Shown: positions 36,878 through 48,603 of the stretch, in pieces
Numbering within the stretch: the first letter of the stretch is position 1
Layout of the letters: every line of letters begins with the position of its first letter
DNA from: Malacoraja senta
Taxonomy: Eukaryota
Reading direction: 5' to 3'
Length of the DNA stretch: 64,000 nucleotides
Assembly (NCBI GenBank): GCA_038087875.1
Contig: CM075987.1
Span: forward strand, 24,616,001-24,680,000
The notes under the pieces: generated by a model
What the model was told of the DNA's origin: nothing
The model's input: only the letters and a program-made list of their open reading frames with translations
Databases searched by the model: none
Made by a program: the position numbers and the translations under genes

Positions 36878-37154
36878 GACGCAGCAGAAGAGTCGCTGCC
36901 TTACAGCACCAGAAACCTCCTGACTGCGGGGTCTGTCTATATGGAGTTTGTACGCTCTCCACGTGATCTGCGGGGTTTTCTCTGAGATCTCCGGTTTTCT
37001 CCCTCACTCCAAAGACGTACAGGTTTGTAGATTAATTGGCTTGGTGTAAATGTAAAATTGTCCCGGGACATGTATAGGGTAGTGTTAACGTGCGGGGATC
37101 GGTGGACTCGGTGGGCTGGCTGGTCTGTTTCCGCGCTGTATCTCTAAACTAAAC
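36878..37154 (+). mobile_element. V-SINE (HE1-like)
   Basis: Family sequence. Confidence 0.82.
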
Positions 37155-37310
37155 TGTCTGAAGAAGGGTCTCGACCCGAAACGTCACCCATTCCTTCTCT
37201 CCAGAGACGCTGCCTGTCCCGCTGAGTTACTCCAGCTTTTTGTGTCAATCTTAAACTAAACTGAACTTGCAGACAGGACGTTGATGGAGATAGACACCCA
37301 TCGCCACATT

Positions 37311-38165
37311 TAGAAACATAGAAAATAGGTGCAGGAGGAGGCCATTTGGCCCTTCGAGCCTGCACCGCCATTCATTGTGATCATAGATGATCATCCACAA
37401 TCAGTAACCCGTGCCTGCCTTCTCCTCATATCCCTTGATTCCGCTAGCCCCTAGAGCCCTATCTAACTCTTTTACATTCATCCAGTCAACTGGCCTCTAC
37501 TGCCTTCTGTGGCAGAGAACTCCACAAATTCACAACTCTCTGGGTGAAAACGTTTTTTCTCATCTCAGTTTTAAATGGCCTCCCATTTATTCTTGGACTG
37601 TGTCCCCTGTTTCTGGACTGGCCCAACATTGGGACCATTTTTCCTGCATCTAGCTTTCCAGTCCTTGTATAATTGTAGGTAGACAAAAGTGCTGGAGAAA
37701 CTCAGCGGGTGCAGCAGCATCTATGGAGCGAAGGAAATAGGCAACGTTTCGGGCCGAAACCCTTCTTCAGACTGGTGGAGGGTAGGGTGTGGGGGGGGGG
37801 GGGGGGGACGGGGAGAAGAAAGGAGAAAGGAAGAGGAGGAGCCAGAGGGCTGAGGGAGAGCTGAGAAGGGGAGGAAACAGTATGGGCTACCGGAAATTGG
37901 AGAAGTCAATGTTCATACCGCTGGGGTGCAGACTGCCCAAGCGGAATATGAGGTGCTGCTCCTCCAATTTCCGGTGGTGCTCACTCTGGCCATGGAGGAG
38001 GCCCAGGACAGAAAGGTCAGATTCGGAATAGGAGGGGGATAATTGTATAGGTTTCTATAAAGGTCCCTCTCATCCTTCGAAATCCCAGTGAATACAAGCC
38101 CACTCTTTCCAATCTTTCATCATATGACAGTCCCGCCATCCCGGATATGAACCTCATGAACCAAT
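37311..38165 (-). mobile_element. CR1 3' fragment interrupted by a Penelope-like element
   Basis: LDAGKMVPMLGQSRNRGHS..FTQRVVNLWSSLP. The host resumes at about 38040. Confidence 0.82.
37677..38039 (-). mobile_element. Penelope-like retroelement 3' end (GIY-YIG C-terminus plus pseudo-LTR), second subfamily
   Basis: The minus strand translates to SESDLSVLGLLHGQSEHHRKLEEQHLIFRLGSLHPSGMNIDFSNFR*, followed by ctgaagaagggtttcggcccgaaacgtt. Confidence 0.87.
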
Positions 38166-38911
38166 GGTCAACCATTGGTCAGTGGTTGCCATATTTCGAG
38201 CTGCAACCCGCGGGCTAATGACCGAGACTGGCGGGGAAATGCCGTTGACCTAAACTCCGCTTTTGGCTAGAATGAACACGACGGGCCGAGTGATCCCCAA
38301 CCGGGCCATAAATTGCTCTGATTTCTACAGCAGCTGTTCCTCTCATGAAACAAACATTTCTTTCAAACTGGCATCATCTTCAAAGAGGTATTTGGAAGAC
38401 TCGGTCATGTTTATGAGCAAATTGCAGAGCGAACCATAAATCACAACACACACAGTGCTAAACAATGACCATTTTCCAGAATTATGCAGCGTAGGAGAAA
38501 GTTCCGACCATCACACCTGAGACAACTCTTTAAAAAAAAGCTAACAGTTTATTCACACTCACCTGCTCTCCCCCCCCCACAACGCTGTAAAGTGTTTCCA
38601 TGCCCAGTATATATCACATTCCCCTTTGACAGATAGCATTAAATCTGTTTCCACTACCCTTTCGGTCAAATTTATTCCAGATGGCAACAGCTCACTGCGT
38701 TAAAAAAAAAAAATCAGCTTATTTAATTGGAGTGAAATGTTACATATCTGCTTTCTTAAATATTTTCATCAAAATAGAAAGATCTGCTTTATCACATTCC
38801 TCTGAGAAAATGAAAATGGTGTGTTTCCTGAACAAGGAACCAAGTTCAAGAGTGTTGTTATGCAGGCAAGGCTTCAGAAAATTGGGCGATGATCAGCATA
38901 TTGTTTCCTAA

Positions 38912-39138
38912 CTAAGATGGACACAAAATGCTGGAGTAACTCGGCAGGTCAGGCAGCGTGTCTTGAGAAAAGGAATAGGTGACGTTTCGGGTCAAGACCC
39001 TTCATCAGGCTGATGGTATTGACCCGAAACATCACCTATTCCTTTTCTCCAGAGAGGCTGCCTGACCCGCTGAGTTACTCCAGCATTTTGTATCTATCTT
39101 CGGTGTAAACCAGCATCTGCAGTTCCTTCTTACACATG
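38912..39138. mobile_element. Penelope-derived palindromic element
   Basis: Inverted arms with 11-bp flanking duplication ttgtttcctaa. Confidence 0.82.
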
Positions 39139-39397
39139 TTGTTTCCTAAGCCTGCTTGAAAAAGAAATGTTTTTTACTGAAAGTTCCCGGCATAACCTAC
39201 ATTGTTGGGTGGAATCACCAAAGCAGGTCATTTGAAGGGTTGAACAATTCTACTGGACAAATCAAACAACAGCCCGTGAGTGTATGAAATAATAATCCAC
39301 TGAGCAAGCCACTAGGTGCTGGATGAATTCAACGGAGCAGGCAGCATCTGTGGAGGCAATGGGCAGACGACATTTTGAAATGGGACCTTTCTTCAGA

Positions 39398-39609
39398 CTG
39401 AAGAAGGGTCATAAGCTGAAACATCGTCTGTAGAAGGGTCCAAATCTGAATCGTCACCTGTAGATGGGTCTCTCAACCCAAGACGTGGTCTGGAGAAAGA
39501 TCTCAAACCAAAACACTGTCAGTTGAAGGGTCCCAAACCGAAACGTTACCTGTAGATAGGTCCCAACCCAAAACCTCGTCTACAGAAAGGTCCCAACCCA
39601 AAATGTTCT
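39398..39609 (+). repeat. Tandem array of seven ~30-nt degenerate hammerhead-core units inside an old Penelope-derived palindrome (39315-39710)
   Basis: Units start at 39398, 39428, 39458, 39490, 39520, 39550 and 39580. Approximate consensus CTGWAGAAGGGTCYCAACCCRAAACGTC(GT/AC). Confidence 0.8.
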
Positions 39610-39942
39610 CTCTCCATTCCCTCTGCAGATACAGATGTTGGCGGACACACTGAGTTCCTCCAGTACATTTTGTTTCACTCAAGATGCCAGCACCTGCAGT
39701 TTATTTAGTCTCTAATAACCCACTCAAATTGATTCAGGATATGAACAACTTGTGTTGCAAAGTTAATGGCGATATGTGTAGGAAAGAACTGCAGATGCTG
39801 GTTTAAATCAAAGACAGACACAAAATGCTGGAGTAACTCAGCAGGACAGGCAGCATCTCTGGAGAGAAGGAATGGGTGACGTTTTGGGTCAAGACCCTTC
39901 TTCAGACTGATTCTTCAGAATGTGTCTACCTGACAATACATA

Positions 39943-39973
39943 TATAATATTTATATATATATATATATATATA
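39943..39973. repeat. (TA)n microsatellite
   Basis: Directly visible. Confidence 0.9.
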
Positions 39974-40207
39974 TTTCCACATGCTACTCCCAATCAATCC
40001 TCGACATATTCAAAGGAATTTGATGAAAACAAATTGTGATATTGCAATGAGCAAATGAAATGGTCTTTCAAACTCTTTGAAAGTATGTTTTTAGGATCTC
40101 AGTAACAGCTATTGAAAACATATATTAGATCAATTGGTTCAATTCCTGGTCTGTGTCAAGTTAACTAGTTTCAAAAATGGAGTAAAAAACAACAGTGTTC
40201 AAAGTAT

Positions 40208-40512
40208 GGGTGCATGGCGGCAAAGCGGTAGAGTTGCTGCCTTACAGCGCCAGAGACCCGGGTTTAATCCCGACTACGGGCACTGTCTGTGCTGGGTTTG
40301 TACATTCTCCCTGTGACCACCTGGGTTTTCTCCGGGTGCTCCGGTTTCCTTCCACACTCCAAAGACGTAAAGGTTTGTAGGTTGATTGGCCTCTTGTGTA
40401 GGATGCGAAACTGGGATAACATGGAACTAGTGTTAGGGTGAGCGGTGGTCAGCATGGACTCAATGGGCCGAAGGGCTTGTTTCCATGCTGCATTGCTAAA
40501 CCTCTAAACTCT
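40208..40512 (+). mobile_element. V-SINE (HE1-like), divergent subfamily
   Basis: tRNA-like head and V-domain with a different post-V segment. Confidence 0.82.
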
Positions 40513-41126
40513 AGTGGAGCTGCTGGAACAATCTACACCTGTGGCTATTAAGGACCTTAAGATTTTTTTCAGCTTTCACAATTCATCGATAATCACCATG
40601 GTCGGCTCATGGATAAACATTTGTGTGAATAATCGGGGTTTTTTATTAAACCTCATGAACTTATATCCCAATAGAAATTATTGGTCTGTGGGAGGAAAGA
40701 GGAAAGCTGCTTAAAAGAATGAAACTCGTTGCAAGTTTGTGTGTGGACCCACTGTTCGTCAAAATCTCCCCATACTTCAGACGAGAAAACTAATTTCTCA
40801 AACACAGGTACTAAAAGGAGAGTGGAATAGGGGGGGGGGGGGAGCTCTAACAAATGGTTCTTTGAAGCTGGTGAACTTGTGCACAATACAGTTAAGTGAT
40901 ACGTTGCAAGCCGTGAGCCTTCTAATTTTGCTTCCTAATGTTGGAGAAGCTGTCAGATGGTGCTGGAGGCACCCCTTTGCATCAAATGAGGGAGCAGACC
41001 TAAATACCAATTGACCTGTGGAATGTTGAGTTGCTGGCTCAGTAACACTGCTGTAAGATGGCAACATAGCCAGTCTACTGAGAAGAACCTGCTCAAAAAT
41101 GTTATGCGTCAATAATGTGTTGCAAA

Positions 41127-41411
41127 GGCGGCACGGTGGCGCAGCGGTAGGGTTGCTGCCTTACAGCGCAAGGGAGCCAGGTTCGGGGGCTCTATGTACG
41201 GAGTTTGTACGTTCTCCCCATGACCTGCGTGAGCTTTCACTGGGATCTCCGGTTTCCTCCCTCAATCCAAAGACGTGCAGTTGTGTAGGCTAATTGGCTT
41301 GGTATAATCGTGAATTGTCCCTAGTGTGTGTAGGGTAACGTTAGTGTGCGGGGATCGCTGGTCGGCGCCGACTCGGTGGGCCGAAGGGGCTGTATCTCTA
41401 AACTAAACTAA
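41127..41411 (+). mobile_element. V-SINE (HE1-like)
   Basis: Family sequence. Confidence 0.85.
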
Positions 41412-41471
41412 TCTGAAAATGTTCCTGTTGAATTCCAATTGCTGCCTTCTTAATGTGTTGGTGCTTCAAAG

Positions 41472-41910
41472 CATGGGCGGACACGATCCCCCCCCCCCCC
41501 ACCCCACCCCACCCCATGCTTTAAGGGGTGGGGGACAATCCCCCCCCATGTTTTGTAATCCGGACTTTATGTTTTATAATCCGGACGCTTTCTAAGGGCT
41601 GAATCGGCCCGTTCGCGGGGCCTTTCAGCGCCCGGCGCGGCTTAAAATCAAACTGCTGCATCGAGGCTCCCGATGTTGAAGCCCCCACCGGCCCATGAAA
41701 GCCCCCGTGAACGGGCCGATTCAAGCCCCACGATTCTGGGCGGACGAAGCTGCTGTTGCTGGAGTTCGGAGTCGGTCACCAACCAGATCAGCTCCCGATG
41801 TTACCGTCCACAGGGCCCACGGCCAAAGCCTCGCATGTGTGTGCATGCAGGCGCGCAGCCGCCATGAAATTGTGTCCCCCCCCATGTTTTAAGAGCCATT
41901 TCCGTGCCTG
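41472..41910. mobile_element. Probable hAT-type non-autonomous DNA transposon, left TIR largely deleted
   Basis: CA...TG ends with 8-bp duplication cttcaaag (41464-41471, 41911-41918). Subterminal ggacac/tgtccccccc motifs and a GC-rich interior. Confidence 0.5.
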
Positions 41911-44033
41911 CTTCAAAGCAACATTGAGGATCTGAAGTGTTCTGAGTTTCTTGTGTCTCCAATGAACCTCTGACGTTAGTCAATGCTCCAGTGATCCACT
42001 TGCTCCAGTGCATCGAGCGAGTGGGCCGACCGGACTTCGTACTTTTGAAATCATTTGCAGTGTACCTTTGGGTATTTGGATACCCAGCCAATGACCTGTG
42101 TTTGTACCTATGTTTTCCCCGTGACTGGTACATTTGAAACTTTTCTTTTGCATTGTTCCAAGTGGGTACAATCAGTAAGAATCTTTGTAAATGTGTAAAG
42201 AATGAAAAAGAACAATGTCCTTTTACCAAACACGAAAAGCTGGAGTAACTAATTGGGTCAGGCAGCATCTCTGGAGAAAAGGAATAGTTGTCATTTTAGG
42301 TCGAGACCGTCTCGATGTTTCCACTAGTGAGAGAGTCTAGGACTAGAGGTCAAAGCCTCAGAATTAAAGGACGTTCTTTCAGGAAGGAGATGGGGAGGAA
42401 TTTCTTTAGTCAGAGGGTGGTGAATCTGTGGAATTCTTTGCCGTCAGTGGATATATTTAAGGCAGAGATAGCTAGATTGTTGATTAGTATGGGTGTTAGG
42501 GGTTATGGGGAGAAGGCAGGATAATGAGGTTAGGAGGGAGCGATTGATCAGCCATGATTGAATGGTGGAGTGGACTTGATGGGCCGAATGGCCTAATTCT
42601 GCTCCTATGAACTTATGACCCCAGGGAAAAACCCCATTTTAAACAATTTTTCCCAGCCAACCTGGGATATCCCATATAAATATTTTCAACAACTAAATGG
42701 ATAAAATGATACATGTACTCTGCTCCGGGGTTTAAACACCAAATACCAGAGTTTTGTTTGGCTACAATTTTTACATTAGCCGCACTGTTAATTCTTCTGG
42801 TTGGCATGATAGACCAGCATGATTGAATGGTGGAGTAGACTTGATGGGCCGAAAGGCCTAATTCCGCTCCTATCTCTTACGATCTTTTCTCCAGAAATGC
42901 TGCCTGACCCGCTGAGTGAATCCGGCTTTTTTGTGCCTGCCTTCGTTTCAAACCAGCATCTGCAGTTCCCCCTCACACCCTACATACTCCGTAAGTGTGG
43001 AGTAAATCCTCAAAGATACAAAATCCTCACATTAAGTGGAAGACATTGAACTGTTACAGGGTTACGTGGACAAGCATGTTACCACTTTGCTAAGAAATTT
43101 CAGCTTGGATCAGAGATTTGAAGAACTGCGGAAGAAACAAATGGCACACAGGCCTCGATACCACAGCCCCACTGGATATAAACAAAACCAACAGAGAGCT
43201 TTTACCATAAACATATTTTTTCCACAAAAGCTATTTGACTTTGAAAATAAACTGTTGAATTCTGCGTGCAACTTGGCAGGAGATGGCTTACATTTAGTGC
43301 TCTAATGCTGACTACCAAATACATAAACAATTAGGATGGATTTTGTTCTTGGATCAAGTATTCTATCCAATGGGAGCAAATGAAATGTGCTTTCTGGCAC
43401 TGGAATTTGATGCTTGGATCAGAGTTATGCTTGGATCAGGTATATAATCTGTGTGGAGTCAAATGGACTTGCAGGCCACAGCCTAGGGATCTCACTGTGT
43501 AAGGAATAACCCCTGATGCACCTAACCTGTAAGTGCTTTGTAACAGGGCCATGCTGGTTAGTTCACCGAAGATAGACACAAAAAGCTGGAGTAACTCAGC
43601 GGGACAGGTAGCATCACTGGAGAGAAGGAATGGGTGACGTTTCAAGAAGGGTCTTGCTCCAAAACGTCACCCATTCCTTCTCTCCAGAGAAGCTGCCGGT
43701 CCCGCTGAGTTACTCCAGCATTTTGTGTCTATCTTTGGTTTAAACCAGCATCTGCAGTTCCTTCCTATACACTGGTTTGTTCACCCCTGTGTTTCTAGTC
43801 ATTATCTTGACCTAATGCCACAGTGCAGCCTAACCCCTGGGTGTACTAAAGTCTGAAGAAGGGTCTCGACCCGAAACGTCACCTACTTCCTTCGCTCCAT
43901 AGATGCTGCCTCACCTGCTGAGTTTCTCCAGCATTTTTGTCTACCTAACCCCTGGGTGTACGTTAATACGGTTTAATAATGGCCCAAATGTCATAAATTG
44001 CTGTTCTGTATATGTATACTGACAAACTGTATA

Positions 44034-44490
44034 AATGAAAGAATGGGTAGACTGGGCTTGTATTCAATGGAATTTGAGAAGGATGAGCGGGTATCTTGTA
44101 GAAACATATAAAACACTTAAGGGATTGGACAGGCTAGATGCAGGGAAAATATTCCCGATGTTGGGGGAGTCCAGAACCAGGGCTCACAGTTTAAGAACAA
44201 GGGGTAGGCCATTTAGGACTGAGATGAGGAACGACTTTTTTCACCCAGTGAGTTGTGAATCTGTGGAATTCTCTGCCACAGAAGGCAGTGGAGACCAATT
44301 CACTGGATGTTTTCAAGCAAGAGTTAGATTTAGCTCTTAGGGCTAACGGAATCAAGGGATATGGGGAGAAAGAAGGAATGGGGTACTGATTTTGGATGAT
44401 AAGCCACGATCATATTGAATGGCAGTGCTGGCTCGAAGGGCCGAATGGCCTACTCCTGCACCTATTGTCTATGTTTCCATGTCTATATTT
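44034..44490 (+). mobile_element. CR1 LINE 3' fragment
   Basis: ETYKTLKGLDRLDAGKIFPMLGESRTRAHSL and CR1 3' UTR. Confidence 0.88.
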
Positions 44491-44754
44491 CTATTTATAC
44501 CAGATGAATGTTTCCCCATTCCTGAAATTATTTGACCAGGCAAACACACAGCACATTTTATAAATTCTAACTACAGTGTGATGAGCATTCCCATGCCAAC
44601 TCATGCCATAATGTCTAACCGTCCCAAACCAACATGACCTGGCAAGAGCAGCACGTAAGAATATTTTTCAGTCGGAATGCAAAAACACACATCCCATCCT
44701 GGCTTTGACATTATATAGCTCCATTATTGTTTTGTACTTGTCTAAAAACAGATG

Positions 44755-45338
44755 TTGGTACGGAGCCGGCTGTACTTTTTGTGGAGGCTCCGCTCCTTCA
44801 ACACAGTAAGATGTTGCAGATGTTCTACCAGTCGGTGGTGGCCAGCGCCATCTTCTTCGTTGCCGTGTGCCGGGGCAGCAGGGCGAAGGCCACGGACGCC
44901 AACAGGATCAACAAGCTCGTCAGGAAGGCCGGCTCCGTCCTGGGGGCGGAGTTGGAGTTGGATTCACGGGAGGTGGGTCTTGGAGGGGAGGATGCTCCTC
45001 AAACTGCGGAGCATCTTGGACAACACTGCTCACCCCCTCCGTGACGTACTGGCCAACCTGAGGAGCACCTTCAGCCACAGACTGGTTCCACCAAGATGCA
45101 GCACAGAACGCCACAGGAGACCCTTCTTCCCTGTGGCTATCAAAATGCACAACTCCTCCCCCTTCTGTCGTGGGGTAGACTGAGTGACTCCCCCCCTCTC
45201 CCCCCAATCTTTGCACATCACCAATCCTTTCCACTCGTCCCTTTCATTTCATGTTTCACGTATCTTGTGTTTTATGACCCTTGGCAGATAAATTTCCCTC
45301 CTGGGATGAATAAAGTTCTATCATATCGTATCTTATCG
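44755..45338 (+). mobile_element. Rex1/Babar-type LINE 3' fragment (frameshifted)
   Basis: SRLYFL.RLRSF, MLQMFYQSVVASAIFF..INKLVRKAGSVLG, ILDNTAHPL..RCSTERHRRPFFPVAIK. (TCGTA)-like tail. Confidence 0.85.
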
Positions 45339-46600
45339 AAACTCACAAACTCACTCTCCAGCATAGAACTTGCAGAAACTAGGTGCTTGGGATTGAAGTC
45401 ACATTTTTTGATTAGTTTGGTTTATTATTGTCACATTTATTAGATTTTATAATTCGGACCACTAGGCTGTAGGGGGGATGCATTTTTTAATTGTTAATTA
45501 TTGGTCCTTTTAAGTATTTATTGCTCTCAGGTAGTGTCCACATTGTATTTGATGTATTTTCTGTCTGCGTTCGTTTTGAATGTGTGGGTATGTTGGTTGG
45601 AGGCTTCTGGACATCTGAATTTCCCCGAGGGGATCAATAAAGTATTTATTAATGATTATTAAAAGCATTTTTTATTGCCTGCTATCCAGTCAGCAAAAAG
45701 ACTATACAATTGTTCCCTTCATCATGTATCCGTACACTGTGGACGGCTCGGTTGTAATCATGTGTTGTCTTTCCGCTGACTGGTTAGCACGCGACAAAAG
45801 CGTCTCACTCTACCCCGGCACACGTGACAATAAACTCAACTCAAACTCAAATCAAGCTGTCCACAATGTAGGGATACAGGATAAAGGGAATAATGTTGAG
45901 TGCAAGATAAGATTAGTAGAAAGAAAAAGGGTCTCGACCTGAAGCATCACCTATCCATATTCCCCAGAGATGCTGCCTGACCTGCTGAGTTACTCCAGCT
46001 GTTTGTGTCCTTTTAAGTTTTCGATTATTTTGGTCATATTTTTCTTTGACATAGAATATTGGAACACTGAAGTCAAATAAAGAAACCACAAGGACATAAA
46101 TGAACTATCATTACTGTGGAAAATAATACATTACACAGCCTCCGACCGAAACATCACCTATTCTTTTCTCCGGAGATGCTGCCTGACCCGCTGAGTTACT
46201 CCAGCAGATTGAGTCGACCTAAAGATTTTTAGGATATTTTTTTTTAAATGAAGGATTGATATTTCAAGTGTTAACTTGTCATTCATCTTTGTGGTCAGCA
46301 GGCACGGCAGATGTGCTGCAAGCTTACTTCATGTTGGTTCAAATAAAATTCAGCGCACTTCGAAACCGCACCTGCCAGGAGCCAAAAGTGGTTGGTGGAA
46401 GTAGCTTTTCCGCAAGGTGAATAGAGCATTGAGAAGGTTGTTCACATCACTTCAGGGGTAATACACGCTGGTCTCACAAACACATGCCAGGTACCAAAAA
46501 TGAATTTTAAAAAGCAAAATTGTTTGACGGAAGAAAAAAAAGTGAATTATCTTTAAAATTGAGTTAAACAAAAATGCTGGAGAAACTCAGCGAGTGAGGC

Positions 46601-46738
46601 TTCTTCTTCTTTCGTGTGGCGTGCACAGCCTAAAGTTGTAGGACAACTTGTTCTATTTGATCTTCTGTGTGTGCACGTCGAGTTGATTGCATTAGTCGAA
46701 ACAGGGCAGACCACGTGAAGGTTGCAATCTTCCACCAC
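46601..46738 (-). mobile_element. 137-bp non-autonomous retroelement with (GAA)n tail and 5' HDV-like ribozyme
   Basis: 13-bp duplication cagcg(a/g)gtgaggc at 46588-46600 and 46738-46750. Tail gaaagaagaagaa. No tRNA-like A/B boxes seen. Confidence 0.8.
46685..46738 (-). ncRNA. Putative minimal HDV/CPEB3-like self-cleaving ribozyme
   Basis: Manual fold: P1 GUGGUGG/CUGCCCU, P2 GAUUGCA/UGCAAUC, P3 ACC/GGU, L3 UUCACGU, J4/2 CUAA. P4 is reduced to a UUCG loop. Confidence 0.72.
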
Positions 46739-46903
46739 AGCGGGTGAGGCAGCATCTATGGAGCGAAGGAATGGGTGACGCTTCGGTCGAGACCCTTCTT
46801 CAGACTGACTACCTTCGACTGTTCCAGCATCTGCAGTTCCTTCTTAAACATTTAAAATTGAGATAAAATGTTTTGATGATTGACAGGGCCAGAAGAGGAC
46901 TGA

Positions 46904-47220
46904 AGTTTAGTTTTAGTTTAGAGATAGAACGTGAAAACAAGGCCCTTCGGCCCTTCGGCCCACCGAGCCCACACCGACCAGCGATCCCCGCACTATCCTA
47001 CACACACACCGGGGACAATTTTCACATGTATACCAGGCCAATTAACCTACAAACCTGTACGTCTTTGGAGTGCGGGAGGAAAACAAAGATCTTGGAGAAA
47101 TCCCACGCAGGTCACGGGGAGAAGGTACAAACTCCGTACAGACAGCACCGGTAGTTGGGATCGAACCCGGGTCTCTGGCGCTGTAAGTGCTGTAACTCTA
47201 CCGCTGCGCCACCGTGCCGG
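46904..47220 (-). mobile_element. V-SINE (HE1-like)
   Basis: Family sequence. Confidence 0.88.
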
Positions 47221-47394
47221 CCTCACAAGATTATTTTTATACCGAATGTGTACGGCTTTTAATTTGCCTTCAACATCATCTTTATCAAAGATCCTACAAT
47301 ATTTGTATAATGATCATGAAAAATATATTTTAACCACTAAATAGATTTTGTTTCTTTAACTAGTCATCCTTTATCAACCAGAAAGTTCTCTGAT

Positions 47395-47660
47395 GTTAAG
47401 GGGGACAGATTGAAGAGGATCCTGAGTGGTAATTTTTTCCGCACAGAGGGTGATGGGTGGACGGAACAAGCTGCCGGAGGAGGTAGTTGAGGCTGGGACT
47501 ACCCCAATGTTTAAGAAACATTTAGACAGGTACATGGATAGGATGGGTCTGGAAGGATATGGACCAATCGCAGGCAGGTGGGACTAGTGTAGAATGGGAC
47601 ATGTTGGCTAGTGTGGGCAGGTTGGGCCGAAGGGCCTGTTTCCACGCTGTATGACTCTCT
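47395..47660 (+). mobile_element. CR1 (HER1-like) LINE 3' end
   Basis: Ends gggccgaagggcctgtttccacgctgtatgactct, the tail shared with the V-SINEs. Confidence 0.82.
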
Positions 47661-48054
47661 GTGTTATTAAGAAACGACCAGGTGGGGAAGAGCATTGTCA
47701 CAATCATTTTCAAATATTCATTCAATAATTCTGCAAGAAACATGAAAGCTTTCACATTGTAAAAGTACTGAGATGCATTATGCATTATTTTACCTATTTC
47801 ATTTTGAGAGGAAAATTGTGTCTTTCTGGCATGTTGGATTTTCGAAGTAAAGTGATCGCAGATTTCCGCCTGTGAGTGATGCTGAACTCAGCTCCCCTCG
47901 ACAAGTCCAGACATGCTCTTTTTTAATGCTTTGCCTGATCAAAGCTGGAAGCTTTAAACCTTCGCCACCAGTCAATGAAAACTTGACTCAGCCTGCACCT
48001 TTGTGCGCCCCCTGCTGGTCTACAACGGCTGCACTTTTAAGATCACAGAGGCTT

Positions 48055-48603
48055 AGAGTCCCACACAGCATGGAAACAGGCCCTTCGGCCCAACCTGCCC
48101 ACACCGGCCAACATGTCCCATCTACATTAGTCCCACCTGCCTGCATTTGGCCCATATGCCTCTAAACCTGTCCTATCCATGTACCTGTCTAACTGTTTCA
48201 TAAACATTGTGATAGTCCCAGCCTCAACTACCCTCTCCGGCAGCTCGTTCCACACACCCACCGCCCGTTGTGTGAAGAAATTACCCCTCTGATTCCTATT
48301 AACTCCAATTCCCCTTCACCTTAAACCTATGTCCTCCAGTCCTCAATTTCTTCCATTTTGGGCAAAGGACTCTGTGCATCTACATGATCTGGTGACAGTG
48401 CTCTCGACATAAGTGATAGGAGTAGAATTTGGCCATTCGGCCCATCAAGTCTACTCCGCCATTCAATCATGGCTGATCCATCTCTCCCTCTGAACACCAT
48501 CCTCCTGCCTTCTCCCCATAACGTTCTGACACCTGTACTGATCAAGAATCTCCGCCTATCCGTCTATCTCCGCCTTAAAAATATCCACTGATTTGGCCTC
48601 CAC
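48055..48603 (-). mobile_element. Two adjacent CR1 3' fragments
   Basis: Reverse complements of the 47395-type and 60500-type 3' ends. Confidence 0.8.

Larger units (their letters stand above)
46564..46850. mobile_element. Penelope-derived element hosting a nested short retroelement
   Basis: 12-bp flanking duplication tttaaaattgag at 46552-46563 and 46851-46862. Confidence 0.8.

Noticed and set aside
39398..39609. CRISPR-like array
   Set aside because: Units are contiguous degenerate repeats with no unique spacers, there are no cas genes, and the context is eukaryotic.
43036..43305. 89-aa ORF as a gene
   Set aside because: Non-ATG start, no recognisable domain, and length expected by chance.
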